From an uncultured Chloroflexia bacterium (GTDB taxonomy: Bacteria > Chloroflexota > Limnocylindria > Limnocylindrales > CSP1-4), in the NCBI GenBank assembly GCA_963720315.1, contig CAVRFC010000005.1, forward strand, positions 863,437 to 927,436: a DNA stretch of 64,000 nt, in the 5' to 3' direction. The notes under the pieces were generated by a model. That model made no database searches, was not told where the DNA came from, and worked only from the letters and a program-made list of their open reading frames with translations. Position numbers and translations under genes: made by a program. This document shows positions 36,643 to 47,544 of the stretch, piece after piece. Numbering within the stretch: the first letter of the stretch is position 1; every line of letters begins with the position of its first letter.

Positions 36643-37747
36643 ATGGGCGTGCGCGTGGCTGGTAGTCTCGAAACGGTGGACGCCCTCGAGTCGATCCTCG
36701 CCGAACTCCGCCCCCTGGTTCGCGAGTGGTACCCGGATGCGGACGCAACGGCCGAGCTCGACGTCCTCGACGTCGATTCGCGCGTCGTCACGCACGTGAT
36801 CCGGGTCCGGGTCGCGCGGACAACTGGGCCCCCGGCGACGCTCATCGTCAAGGCCGGCGCGGCGGACACTCCACCGGACGCATCACGATCGGCCGCGCCT
36901 CGTGCCGATGACCGACCAGTCCGACCGCGTGCAGCTGGAATACGAGGCGCTGCGAACCGTAGAGGCCAGAGTGGCGGAGGTCGGCGATCCCCGTTTCGTG
37001 GCCGTCCGCCCGCTCGGCGTCCTGCCCGAGTCGAACGTGCTCGTCATGGAGGCATTCGATGGCGAGCCGCTCCATCGATTCCTCGTGCGACGTCCGTTTC
37101 GATCGAGAGCCGCGCTCGCGCCCTCGATCCTGGCACGGGCGACGGGACGGTGGCTTCGCATCCTGCACGACACCCCGTCGTCGACCCAGGTGCGGCAGGG
37201 GACCAGGGAGGACGTCGTCGACGCCTTTGCCGCGTTCGGCTCGTACCTGGCCGCCGAGAAGGTTTCGCCCCACCTCGACGAGTTCATCGAGGTGGGAATC
37301 GCGTCGGCACGGCGGCTCCCCGATCCGCTGCCGACCGTCATCACCCACGGAGACTTCGCGCCGCGAAACATTCTCGTCGACGGATCGGGCCGGATGGCCG
37401 TCATCGACCTGCTCCTCCGATGGCAGGCGCCGGCCTTCGAGGATATCGCGGGTTTCCTCGTGGCCCTCCAGACGAGCCGGGCAAACGCGGCGACGCGCGG
37501 ACTACTGTTCGGGCGCACCATCGAGAGGCTGGAGCCTGCCTTTCTTACGGGGTATTACGGTTCGGAGCCGGTGCCGCGGAACGCGATCCGGGTCTACGAG
37601 CTCCTGCTCGTCCTCGACAAATGGTCCGCCCGAGCGATCCGGAACCGGACGCTCGGGGGCGTCCGACGCATCCGCGAACGAATGATCGACAGCCACTTCG
37701 ACACCCGGTCACGGTTACTGGCTCGCCGCCTCCGGGAGCAAATCTGA
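36643..37747 (+). pseudogene. Aminoglycoside-phosphotransferase/choline-kinase-fold (APH/LicA-like) small-molecule kinase, probable frame break at ~36870-36905
   Basis: The C-lobe lies in ORF 36902..37747 (ITHGDFAPRNILVD ... VIDLL = Brenner H-x-D-x4-N and metal-binding D). The N-lobe with the conserved Lys strand (PATLIVKAG) lies in the frame starting at ATG 36643. Confidence 0.6.
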
Positions 37748-38611
37748 CTTCCTGAGGTAGAGCACGCCGTAGCGACAGAGTCGCCAGGCCGCCGGGACTC
37801 GCCGGAGGATGGCGCCGTCGATCCGCCGCAGGATCGGGATCTTGCGCCCGAAACCAAACGCGCGCTCGACCATGCTCAGGAGCTGGATCGGGCGGAGCCG
37901 GAACTCAGCGAACGGCGCTCGCCAGGCGGCGATGTCCTGGACCGTGAGCGGCCGGTCGGCGCCTCGCTCATGCTTGCCGGGGTAGGGCAGGTGGGCCCGA
38001 GCGAAGACAACGAGCGGGTTGGTGCCGAGCGGCTCGGAGAAGGTCGCCCGGCCACCCGGCGCTAGCACGCGGGCGAGCTCAGCGGCGCCGATCTCGGGAT
38101 CGAGGTGGTGAAGGATCGCCTTGCCGATGGCGAGGTCGAAGCTGCCCGCCTCGAACGGGAGTTCCTCGCCGGAGGCAGCGTGGAACTCGATCCGGTCGGC
38201 CACGCCGTTGAGCTCAGCGCGCTTCCTCGCAACATCGATGCTGGCCTCAGACAGGTCGAATGTCGTGACGAGGGCCCCGCTGCGGGCCAGGACGACCGAG
38301 AGCTGGCCAAGACCGCAGCCGTACTCGAGGATCCGGCGACCGTTGAGGTCGCCGAGGAACTCCGCCATCCCCGACATCGAAAGGTGGTCCGCGGCGTACC
38401 GCTCGAACGTCATGTCCGGCGGGAGGACGTCCTCAGGGCCGAGTTCGCGGGTGACGTCGGTGTGATGGGCGTGCGCGTCCCACTTCGCGCGCTCGACCTC
38501 GTAGCGGGTCTGCTGATCCACGGGCGTCTCCAGTTTCGGGGTGAGCGTTTCGGACGGAATGGAGGCTACAATACCCGCCCTTCGCCCGACGCCCACGAGG
38601 AGCCATGGCAA
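37715..38611 (-). CDS. Class I SAM-dependent methyltransferase
   Basis: RILEYGCGLGQLSVVLA (motif I), FDLS, FDLAIGKAILHHL. Start uncertain: 38611 overlaps the divergent start at 38605; the alternative GTG at 38521 is plausible. Confidence 0.8.
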   Translation of the reverse strand: MPWLLVGVGRRAGIVASIPSETLTPKLETPVDQQTRYEVERAKWDAHAHHTDVTRELGPEDVLPPDMTFERYAADHLSMSGMAEFLGDLNGRRILEYGCGLGQLSVVLARSGALVTTFDLSEASIDVARKRAELNGVADRIEFHAASGEELPFEAGSFDLAIGKAILHHLDPEIGAAELARVLAPGGRATFSEPLGTNPLVVFARAHLPYPGKHERGADRPLTVQDIAAWRAPFAEFRLRPIQLLSMVERAFGFGRKIPILRRIDGAILRRVPAAWRLCRYGVLYLRKSDLLPEAASQ

Positions 38612-40595
38612 CCGAGCCCGACGAAGGACAACCGGCTGCCGCGACCAGCAACGCTTCGGGAGGCGTCGCGGGCTCGCCCGTTGGCGATCCCGCTGAACCG
38701 CGGACCGCGGATGCTGTTGAGCGGCCGCCTGCCGATCTCAGACGACGAGCTCTCATTCTGACTCCCCTCGTCGCCATCGTAGTCGGGCTTGCCGTCGGCC
38801 TCGCCAATCTCCCTACCGGGCGGCCCGTCACGGCCGGCGACAGTTCGCAGTCGCCATCGGCTGCGGTGGTGACCGAGTCGGGCTACCTCGTCAGCCTCGA
38901 CGAGCTGCGTCGGCGGGGCGACATGGCGGCCCGCGGCGAGGAGCCTCACGCATCCGCCGTCACCAACCTCATGGAATGGGCCGACAAGGCCGTCACCGAA
39001 GCTGCCCGTCCCACGCAGCCGTTGCGGATCGTGGGAACCGACAATGAATTCGTCGACGACGCCCGTCGCGCGTACGGTCTCGGCCTGGCATTTGGACTGA
39101 GCGGTGACGAGCGCTATGCCCAGGCGGCCCGTCGGACCATCCGCAACTGGATGGACGTGGTTACGACGACGACCGACACGTGCCCCGACGGTGGTGGCTG
39201 CCACACGTCGCTGATCATCGGTCGCGCCGGCGCGGGTTTCGCCTTCGGCGCGGACCTCATCGCCAGCTCTGAGGCCTGGACAGCCGACGATCGGGCCGAC
39301 CTCCAGGCCTGGATGCGCGAACGTCCTCCTGCCCGCGGTCTCCCACCGGCCGAACAACTGGGGCGACGCGGGGACGTTTCTGCGCGTCGTCGCTGCCGAT
39401 TACGCGGGGGACCAGCGCGAGTTCGATCTGGCAATCGAGAAGTGGCGATCCCTCATCGATCTGATCGAGCCGGACGGCCGGATTCCCGAGGAGGTCCGGC
39501 GCGGCGCGGCGGGAATCCTGTACACGCAGGAAGCGCTCCAGTACAAGGTGGCCGTCGCGCGAATCGCCGAGCGCCGCGGTATCGACCTCTGGGACTACGT
39601 GGGTGCGCGAGGCGGGTCGCTGCGCAAGGCAATCGACCGCCTGGCGTACTACTGGCAGCGACCCGACGACTGGCCGGACTACGAGGGACCCACGGTTCCC
39701 AGCACCGGACCGCTGTGGGAGATCGTGTACGCCCACTGGCAGGACAAACGCTGGCTCGACATCCTGCTGGACGGCCGTCCGTACGGAGATCAAGGGCACT
39801 CGGCCATCCGCTGGACCACGCTGACCAACGGCATCCCCGTCGAGCCGCTCGTGGCTGGTGGGCCGTCCGGAAGCCCCGGAGCCTACGGCGCGCCCTAGTG
39901 CCTCGGCGTCATCGACGCCGCCGTCGGCTCCGGGCCCTCCAATAAGCGGATTGGCAGTTGCGCTCGGGTCGTCCCTGGGCAACCCGCTGCCCGTGGTGAT
40001 CAGGTGGGTCGCGCCGGAAGTCGCGGGCGCCAACGTCGAGCTGGAAGAGTCCGCCGGCGGGGCCTGGGCGGCCATGAAGATTGGTTCAGACGGTCACTCG
40101 GCGCGCGACTCGCTGCGGCTCGGCCGCGTCACGGCGTACCGGGTTCGGGCCGTCGTCGCGGGCAGCGCCGGGCCATGGGCGGCGCTCGATAGCGTCTCGG
40201 TCGAGCGCATCGAGGCGACCAGCCGGACCGCCGACTTGAGCGGGACATGGGCCCGGGTTGCGTTTTCCGGCTACTCGGGCGGATCCGCCCTCTCGACGGA
40301 CGCGAGTGGGGCGACGATGGTCTGGCGTGGCACGACACAGTCCCTCGCCATCGTCGGGCCCACCGGTCCCACGCGCGGCCGGATGATCGTCACCGTCGAC
40401 GGCGTCCGTGCCGACGATATCGACCTTCGATCCAGCCGCTTCCGGGCTCGGAACGTCCTTTTCACGATGTCCTGGAGCGATGCGGCCGTCCACGAGCTTG
40501 TGATCGAAGCCCGACCGTCAAGCGGCCGCCGGACAGTCGCGGTAGACGACATCGTTACGTTGACATCCACCCTCACCGCTCCACAAGGTTCATGA
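38605..40595 (+). pseudogene. Secreted alginate-lyase-like + FN3/CBM-like protein (paralog 3), at least two frame breaks (~39320 and ~39880)
   Basis: Frame 1 runs to LQAWMRE. Frame 2 continues NVLLPAVSHRPNNWGDAGTFLRVVAADYAG...LWDYVG...IRWTTL. Frame 3 (39858..40595) carries the C-terminal domain colinear with 7788..9680 (GPTGPTRGRMIVTVDG). Confidence 0.8.
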
Positions 40596-40884
40596 CCATG
40601 AGCACGATCAGCCCGCATGTCACCGCCACGATCACCCATGGCAGGGCGAATGTCTCGAATTGGTCCGGCACGAAATCCATGATCAGCGCCCCGACGATCA
40701 GCGTGCCGATCAGACCGGGCACGAGTCCGATCAGCGCGCGCGTCCGCAGCCGCTGCTGGCCCGGCGCGAGCGCCACGACGAGCGCGATCAAGCCGGCGAG
40801 CGACAGGATGACTACGGCTGCGATTCCAACGTTAGCCACGGGTCGATGATACGAACCTTGGGGCTGGGCGGCTGTTGGGTCCAT
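40573..40884 (-). CDS. Small hypothetical membrane protein (3 TM helices)
   Basis: ATG at 40884. ANVGIAAVVILSLAGLIALVV, LIGLVPGLIGTLIVGALIM and LPWVIVAVTCGLIVLMVM are clear TM segments. No family recognised. Confidence 0.5.
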   Translation of the reverse strand: MDPTAAQPQGSYHRPVANVGIAAVVILSLAGLIALVVALAPGQQRLRTRALIGLVPGLIGTLIVGALIMDFVPDQFETFALPWVIVAVTCGLIVLMVMNLVER

Positions 40885-40918
40885 CGCGCCGTCGCAAGAC
40901 GCCATCGTTCGAACCCAC

Positions 40919-42886
40919 GTGACTAAAACTGGTCGGCGGATCGCGATAGGCCTGACCGCCGTGACCGCGATTCTTGGCGTCGCCGTCGCCGTGTCGGTGG
41001 CAAGTCCAACTCCTCCTCCGGCGTCCACCGGAAGCCTGGAACCGCGGGCCACGCTCCCAGCGGAGGAGCCGGACCTGACCGTCCAGTCGTTCAAGGACTT
41101 CTCCGTGCTCCCGGGCCCACCGACAGAGCCTGCCGGTCGGGACCTCCAGTCCCGCCTGTGGACGATCGATGGGCGCTGGTGGGCGGCCATGGTTGAGCCC
41201 GTGTCGCGAGAAACGCGGATCTATGAACTGAGCCTCGACGGTGCGACGTGGTCGGACACCGGCGTCCTCCTCGACGAGCGAGGTGGCGCCATGTCCGACG
41301 TGCTCTGGTCAGGCGAACATCTCTACGTTGCGAGCGCGGTCCCGGGGCGGTCGACCTCGAACGGCGTGCGCGTGAGTCGGTTCAGCCGACAGCCCGGTGG
41401 GCGCTTCCTGCTCGACCCGAATTTCCCCGTCCCGTTGACGGAGCGCGGTGTCTCGGCGGTGTCGGTCGCGCGCGACGAATTGGGCCGTCTGTGGGCCGCC
41501 TTCGTCCAGGACGGGCGCGTCCTCGTTGCGCACTCATCCGTCGACGATGCCGTTTGGGACGCACCTGAGCCAGTCCCCGGCGTCGCCACGCCTGTCGGCC
41601 CGGCCGATGTCGCCACCCTCGTCGACGATGGCACTGGCGGCCTCGGCCTCGTCTGGAGCGATGCGAACGCCCGATCGATCCGATTCGCCGCACGCGACCA
41701 TCTCGACGCCCCTGACCAGTGGTCCGAATCGGAGGTGGCATTCGAGGGCTTGCCGCTCGCCGACGACCCCATCAGCGCCGCTGCCGGTGGGGACGGCACG
41801 ATCTTCGTCGCCGTCGAGACTGCTGTGGCCGATGAGCCAGATGCGGGCCAGACCGACCCCGGCAGCGTGATCCTCGCCCGAGATGCCGACGGCTCGTGGA
41901 GGTCGGCGCTGATCGCGCGGGTCGAGGATCACCTGGGCCAGCCGATCGTCCTCGTCGACCCAGCCGCGGCAGAGGTATACGTGTTCGAGACGTCGCCGCG
42001 CCACGGCGGGACGGTCTATCTAAAGCGCGCCCGGGTCGACCGGCTCGAGTTCCAGCCCGGGCGCGGCTTGACCGTGATCGCCGACCCGAGCAACCCGGAC
42101 ATCGCCTACCTGACATCGACGAAGCAGGCGATCGACGCCGAGGACGGCCTGGTCGTACTCGGGTTCGACAAAGACACCGGACTCTACTGGCATGCGCTGA
42201 TTGCTCCTCCGGCTACGGCCGTGACCCCATCCGCGACGCCGGTCGCTTCGGGCGCGGGCAGTCCAGGCCCATCCCTCGCACCGTCGGCTCCCGGTCCCTC
42301 CCCGTTGTTCACGGACAACTTCGATCCGTGGCCGCCGGGCGGCCCGATCGGCAATGGCTGGGGGATGGCGCCGGCCGATGCGCGCGGGTCACTCACCGCG
42401 GTGGCCGATGGGTCGAATCCCGGCCTGAACGCTCGGCTTCAGGCCACGGGGCCGGCCGCCGTGCGCGCCTGCAAGTCGTTTGCTCCGGTAGCGGCCGGCA
42501 CGTTGGTGTCCGAGGTTCGCGTCCGCCTCGAGCAGATCGGCCCGGCTGACGCCGTGATCACCAGCCTTCGCGACAAGAGCGGCGAGTCGGTCTCGGTCCG
42601 GTTCGGCCAGGGAGGCACGTTTGCCTATTACTCCGGGCAGGTCAAGGTCCGCTCGGCCGTTCCCATCCGGCTCAACACCTGGTACAGGTCGGCCGTGACT
42701 GTCAACCTCGAATCTCGAACCTACGATTGGCGTCTGAGCAGCGACGATGGCTCGCGCATCGTCGCGGTGAAGGGGATTCCGTTCCGGGAGTCGGCGGCGA
42801 CGCAGCTATCGGAGATCTGTGTCCAGACGTCCGTCGGCGCAACGGGGGCTGGTCTCCGGTTCGACGACGTGCGCGTCAGCCGCTAG
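40919..42886 (+). CDS. Secreted propeller-like protein (paralog of the 19.7 and 48.9 kb genes) with a C-terminal LamG/concanavalin-like jelly-roll
   Basis: Signal anchor [32 protein letters not shown] corresponds to SKLWTNDGFWFG. The C-terminal ~190 aa ([11 protein letters not shown]...[10 protein letters not shown]) look LamG-like. Confidence 0.7.
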   Translation: MTKTGRRIAIGLTAVTAILGVAVAVSVASPTPPPASTGSLEPRATLPAEEPDLTVQSFKDFSVLPGPPTEPAGRDLQSRLWTIDGRWWAAMVEPVSRETRIYELSLDGATWSDTGVLLDERGGAMSDVLWSGEHLYVASAVPGRSTSNGVRVSRFSRQPGGRFLLDPNFPVPLTERGVSAVSVARDELGRLWAAFVQDGRVLVAHSSVDDAVWDAPEPVPGVATPVGPADVATLVDDGTGGLGLVWSDANARSIRFAARDHLDAPDQWSESEVAFEGLPLADDPISAAAGGDGTIFVAVETAVADEPDAGQTDPGSVILARDADGSWRSALIARVEDHLGQPIVLVDPAAAEVYVFETSPRHGGTVYLKRARVDRLEFQPGRGLTVIADPSNPDIAYLTSTKQAIDAEDGLVVLGFDKDTGLYWHALIAPPATAVTPSATPVASGAGSPGPSLAPSAPGPSPLFTDNFDPWPPGGPIGNGWGMAPADARGSLTAVADGSNPGLNARLQATGPAAVRACKSFAPVAAGTLVSEVRVRLEQIGPADAVITSLRDKSGESVSVRFGQGGTFAYYSGQVKVRSAVPIRLNTWYRSAVTVNLESRTYDWRLSSDDGSRIVAVKGIPFRESAATQLSEICVQTSVGATGAGLRFDDVRVSR

Positions 42887-42897
42887 CCTTCCGCGAC

Positions 42898-43846
42898 ATG
42901 CGAATTCTCATCACGGGCGTCGCCGGCTTCGTCGGGTCGCACCTCGCAGAGGCACTCGTCGACCGGGGCCACGAGGTCGTCGGCGTCGATGCGTTCATCG
43001 ACTACTACCCGCGCCGGATCAAGGAAGCGAATCTCGCTGCCCTGATCGAGCGCCCGGGCTTCGAGTTTCACGAGCTCGATCTACGCACGGCTCCAGTCCG
43101 GCCGCTACTCGACGGCGCGACATCGGTCGTCCATCTCGCAGCGATGCCCGGCCTCGCCCGGAGCTGGACAGACGTGGAGCTCTACACGACGTGCAACCTG
43201 CTGGCCACCCACCGCGTGGTCGAGGCGGCGCTCGATGCGGCAGTGCCCAAGCTCGTCCATGCGTCGACCTCGTCTGTCTACGGGTCCGATGCCGTCGGCG
43301 ACGAGACAACCCCGACCCAGCCGATCTCGCCCTACGGAGTGACCAAGCTGGCCGCGGAGCACCTGATCCTTCGCCCACGTCCGAACTGGCGGCCTGCCGG
43401 CCACGATCCTCCGCTACTTCTCGATGTTCGGACCGCGCCAGCGACCGGACATGGCGTATCACGTCTTCATCGAGGCGCTCATCGACGGGCGGCCGATCAC
43501 GGTCTTTGGCGACGGCGAGCAATCACGGTCCAATACGTTCATCGCCGATTGCGTCCGCGGGACGATCGCAGCGATCGAGGGCGCAGACGTGGGCGAGATC
43601 TACAACATCGCGGGCGGCGAGTCGATCACTCTCAATGAGGCCATCTCGAAGATCGCCGGAGTACTCGGTGTCGAGCCGGTCATCAACCACGAACCGGCCC
43701 GACCGGGCGACCAGCGGAGGACCTTCGCCGACACGTCGAAGGCTCGGGCGGCGTTCGGGTTCGAGCCCGTTGTCGGCGCGACCGAGGGCCTCGAAGCCCA
43801 GGTAGCCTGGCAATTGGCCAGACGCGCGGGCAGCCCTCTCGGCTGA
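42898..43846 (+). pseudogene. NAD-dependent nucleotide-sugar epimerase/dehydratase (SDR), frame break near 43378
   Basis: [20 protein letters not shown] (GxxGxxG) and [13 protein letters not shown] (YxxxK). The continuation [33 protein letters not shown] lies in the frame of ORF 43424..43846. Confidence 0.85.
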
Positions 43847-43872
43847 TCAGGCCCGCCCGCTCCGCGCTGGGC

Positions 43873-45006
43873 TCAGTCCGGCGATTTGTGGACGATGATG
43901 TTGTCGAACCAGACAGTCGCTTCGGACCGACCAAGGTCAAGCGCAAGCTGGACGTTCGGATCGGCGGCGAGATGGGTGACCTCGAAGCTGATGGCGCTCC
44001 ATGTCGTCCCAACCTGCAGCACGCGAGACGCCGTGATCTGGCCGCCAGCGGCGATCAGCCGAACCGTCACGTCGCGCGCCGCCGCCGCCTTCACGGACAG
44101 GTTGACGACGTACGTCACCCCTTGGCCGAGCGCGAAGTCGTCGGACGTGAGGGAGATCCCCGAGCGTGCCGGGCTGCCGATGGTGATGTCGACGCGAGCG
44201 GCCGCCGATCCATCCGGGCCCGCGAGTGGCTCGTGGGTCAAGGTGGCCTGCGCGCCGTCAGTCAGCTGGAGCTGCCAGCCATTGACTCCGTCCTCGAATC
44301 CGGGGTTGAAGACGAGGCTCGCCGGGACTCCCGACGGCGGCGGTGAGGCCAGTGGCGGACCGGTGGGCGTGGGTGGCGGCGGCGTTGGCGGGGGCGGGGG
44401 CGGCAAGGTATTCGCTGCCGACGGACTCGGACTCGGCGCGACGCTCGGGCCTGAACGCCCGGCGAGTGCATCGGTGATCCGCTCGTTGAACGCGGGCAAG
44501 GCAGCGAGCAGCTCGATGACAGCCCGCGCGCCGGCGACGTACGCATCCACGTTCCGGATGGAATTCCCCAGCGTTTCGGTGTTGCGAGCCATGACCGCGT
44601 CGTAGAAGACGCCGAGGTCGGTTCCCAGTTCGGCCGTGTCATCGCCGAGCACGAGCCGATCAGCGGCCTCCTTGCCGGCCGTCAGGTCCGTGTTGACGGA
44701 CCGGAGGTGGCCGGCGACCTCGGAAGCGAGCGGGGCCTCGACCGCGATCGCCGACTCGAGCGCCAGGGCACGGTTGGCGAGGCTCTGGTTCACGACCAGG
44801 GCAGTAGCCAGTGCTCGCCGGATCTCAGGGTTCATCGTCGGCACCGCACTCGGTTCAACGGACGGGCCCGATGACGGGACCGGGTTGGTTGGCCCACCCA
44901 TGCCGGCGAGAGCCTGCGTCGCGATCAGGACCACCGCGAGCAAACCGACGAGCGCCGACGCGATCGCTTCCGGCGACGCCACGTCGCGGAGGCGCCGGCC
45001 ACTCAT
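43873..45006 (-). CDS. Membrane-anchored protein with a helical region, poly-Pro linker and C-terminal CBM4/9-like carbohydrate-binding domain
   Basis: TM helix ALVGLLAVVLIATQAL; PPPPPPTPPPPTPTGPP linker; LVFNPGFEDGVNGWQL ... TVWFDNIIV is typical of CBM_4_9-type sandwiches. Confidence 0.65.
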   Translation of the reverse strand: MSGRRLRDVASPEAIASALVGLLAVVLIATQALAGMGGPTNPVPSSGPSVEPSAVPTMNPEIRRALATALVVNQSLANRALALESAIAVEAPLASEVAGHLRSVNTDLTAGKEAADRLVLGDDTAELGTDLGVFYDAVMARNTETLGNSIRNVDAYVAGARAVIELLAALPAFNERITDALAGRSGPSVAPSPSPSAANTLPPPPPPTPPPPTPTGPPLASPPPSGVPASLVFNPGFEDGVNGWQLQLTDGAQATLTHEPLAGPDGSAAARVDITIGSPARSGISLTSDDFALGQGVTYVVNLSVKAAAARDVTVRLIAAGGQITASRVLQVGTTWSAISFEVTHLAADPNVQLALDLGRSEATVWFDNIIVHKSPD

Positions 45007-45902
45007 GTGGCCACGGCCTTCCGCGGCGTCCGCACCTGGAGCTGCTGCTCCAGATCGACGCCGGGCTCGGCCATCACGGCAGAGAACGCGAGGGACAGGT
45101 CGACGCCCCGACGTCCGGTGATCAGCAGCCGATCCGCGAGGACCGCCACCTCGGCGTCGGCGAGGGTGATGCTCGCCGCGACAGCCGACGGGCTGATGTG
45201 AATCGGACCGAGCACGTTCAGCTTCGTGCCGACTCGGGCGAGGAAATAGCGGCTACCGATCTGGAGTGACCCCAAGCCGCCCATGAAGATCCCGCTGCCC
45301 AGGATCGCGACCGTCCCACTCGACCTGGCGATCGGCGCCGGCGCCGCCTCGGGCGTCGCCCTGAGTCCGAGCGTTGTTGCGGAGCGGCGCCCGGGCGCGA
45401 CCCCGGGTTCAGGCGGAGCGATACGCCGGGCAGGACCGCGCGGCTCAGGCCCCGGCGAGGCAATCGTGGAGGGAGCTCCAGCGACATCGGCCTTCGTTTC
45501 GGCTCCGCCGCGCCTGAACTCGAGGCCGCATGCCTCGCATCGCCGTGGCCAACCGCGTGTTCGCGCCCCGCAGGTCGGGCAACGGCCTGGAGGTGCCGCT
45601 GCAAGGAGTCCGACGGCGATCGGGCCCAGGGCGATTCCGAAGGCGAACCAGGCTGCCCAGGATCGCCCGCGCTGGATTGCGAGCCAGCTGGCGAGCGGCG
45701 CGAAGACGATTGCCGAGACGATGAGGGCAATGACGGGAAGTGGCAATCCGGATACGACTCCTTCGGTGCGCACCGACCGGGCGCGCCGGCCAATGGTAGG
45801 CGGCACCGCCGGCACGCGCTGCAGGGAGAGATGCCCCAAAACGGTGCCTACCGTCAACGAGAATGACGCCGTGGACCCGTGTAAGCACGCGTTTAACAGC
45901 AA
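45003..45902 (-). CDS. Hypothetical membrane protein with an internal zinc ribbon (CPTC-X10-CEAC); start uncertain
   Basis: TM helices LPLPVIALIVSAIVFAPLASWLAI and AWFAFGIALGPIAVGLLAA, then GRCPTCGARTRGWPRRCEAC. The stop overlaps the next start (ATGA-type). The true start may be an internal GTG near 45770. Confidence 0.5.
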   Translation of the reverse strand: MLLNACLHGSTASFSLTVGTVLGHLSLQRVPAVPPTIGRRARSVRTEGVVSGLPLPVIALIVSAIVFAPLASWLAIQRGRSWAAWFAFGIALGPIAVGLLAAAPPGRCPTCGARTRGWPRRCEACGLEFRRGGAETKADVAGAPSTIASPGPEPRGPARRIAPPEPGVAPGRRSATTLGLRATPEAAPAPIARSSGTVAILGSGIFMGGLGSLQIGSRYFLARVGTKLNVLGPIHISPSAVAASITLADAEVAVLADRLLITGRRGVDLSLAFSAVMAEPGVDLEQQLQVRTPRKAVAT

Positions 45903-45906
45903 ATCG

Positions 45907-45935
45907 TTATTGAGCCGGCAAGGTGAAGCTAATAC
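45907..45935 (+). promoter_or_regulatory. Candidate sigma-70-like promoter for the ugd operon
   Basis: TTATTG-N17-TAATAC in the only AT-richer stretch of the 195-nt divergent intergenic region. Purely a pattern match. Confidence 0.25.
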
Positions 45936-46097
45936 AGTGGTCCTACGAGCGCGCGGGACTAAAGGTCTACGGTCTCATCCGGTCATCTTCATTTTGGGGA
46001 CCTGCGAACTCGTTCCCGTCGGCCGGGCAAGCCGCGGACCTTGGATACCCGCGTCCCGTGGGGCAAATCGGGAAGTTGGGCAGGGGGAGATCAAGAC

Positions 46098-47513
46098 TTG
46101 AAGGTCACCGTTATCGGTCAAGGCTACGTCGGTCTCGTCACGTCGGCAGGGGCAGCCGCGTGGGGACACGAAGTCGTCGGAGTCGAGCGCCAGGAGGACC
46201 GCCTTCAGGCGCTCCTATCCGGACACGTACCGTTCCATGAACCGGCCCTTAGCGAGCTGGTCGAACTTCACCTGGGAGATGGCCGCCTCCGGTTCACCGC
46301 CGATTCCCAGGGACCAGTTTCAGCGTCGAGCCTGACCTTTGTGGCGGTCGGCACAGTCAACGCGGACCAGGAGTGGGAGACGAAGACGATCCGAGCCTGT
46401 CTGGCGGAGGTCGTCCCGCACATCCCGGACGACGGGGCCGTGGTGGTCCGGTCGACCTGCCCGCCTGACTTCGTCGGACAGCTTCCCGCTTACGTTGACG
46501 GGCTTCGCCGGGATGCCGGTCGCGAACCGATCGCGGTGATGCTCAACCCTGAGTTCACCAAGGAAGGCACCGCGGTCCAGGACTTCCTCACGCCGGACCG
46601 AGTCGTAATCGGTGTGGCCTCGGACCCGCACGAGCACGGTGTGGCGCTGCTGCGCGAGTTCTACGCCCAGGTCGAGGCCCCGGTTCTCGTGCTCTCTGCG
46701 ATGGATGCCATCCTGGCCAAGCTCGGTGCCAACCTGTTCCTTGCGACGAAGATCTCGTTCGCCAACGAGCTTGCGGCTCTGTGCGACCTGTACGGCTCGC
46801 AGATCGAGCGGGTCATCGAGGGCATGGCTCACGACCCCCGAATCGGCGGCTCGTTCTTGCGAGCCGGTATCGGGTTCGGGGGCTCGTGCCTGCCGCACCA
46901 GGTGACGATGACCGTCCGCGAGGCGGCGGCCCGCGGCCACGATACGCCGTTGTTCGCCGCCGTCGATGACATCAATCTCCGCCAGCGACTCACATTTGTC
47001 GATCGCATCGACGCGTTGGTCGACGGCGTCGCGGGCCGGCGCGTGGCGCTCCTTGGACTGACGTTCAAGCCCCACACGGACGACCTTCGTGCGGCACCGT
47101 CGCTGGACATCGCCAGCATGCTGATCGATCGGGGTGCGTCAGTCGTCGCCTTCGATCCGATGGAGACCGCGCGCCGCAACGCCAAGGCCCAAATCCGTCG
47201 GTTGATCGTGGTAAGCAGCGCCCTCGAGGCCGTCAGTGATGCGGACGTGATCGCCCTCGTAACCGAGTGGCCCGAATTCGTGACGCTGCCGTGGGCACAG
47301 ATCGCGAGCGTCGTCCGCCAGCGGATCGTCATCGACGGGCGCAACGCGCTCGATCCCGACGCCCTGCTCGAGGCTGGCTTCGTCTATTCATCCTTCGGGC
47401 GTGGCCATCGGATCCCGGCCGAGCTCGAGAGCCCAGCCGCCCAGGCCCGGGCCCCAGAAGGCACCCGGATCGGAATTCCAATCGGCGCCGAGTTCGCCGT
47501 CGGCGACTTCTAG
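46098..47513 (+). CDS. ugd: UDP-glucose/GDP-mannose 6-dehydrogenase family
   Basis: LKVTVIGQGYVGLVTSAGAA (Rossmann), GFGGSCLPHQV (catalytic Cys), TFKPHTDDLRAAPS. TTG at 46098 is preceded by GGGGGAG. Confidence 0.9.
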   Translation: MKVTVIGQGYVGLVTSAGAAAWGHEVVGVERQEDRLQALLSGHVPFHEPALSELVELHLGDGRLRFTADSQGPVSASSLTFVAVGTVNADQEWETKTIRACLAEVVPHIPDDGAVVVRSTCPPDFVGQLPAYVDGLRRDAGREPIAVMLNPEFTKEGTAVQDFLTPDRVVIGVASDPHEHGVALLREFYAQVEAPVLVLSAMDAILAKLGANLFLATKISFANELAALCDLYGSQIERVIEGMAHDPRIGGSFLRAGIGFGGSCLPHQVTMTVREAAARGHDTPLFAAVDDINLRQRLTFVDRIDALVDGVAGRRVALLGLTFKPHTDDLRAAPSLDIASMLIDRGASVVAFDPMETARRNAKAQIRRLIVVSSALEAVSDADVIALVTEWPEFVTLPWAQIASVVRQRIVIDGRNALDPDALLEAGFVYSSFGRGHRIPAELESPAAQARAPEGTRIGIPIGAEFAVGDF

Positions 47514-47544
47514 CCATGGTGGGGCACACCCGGGGGGATCAGCC

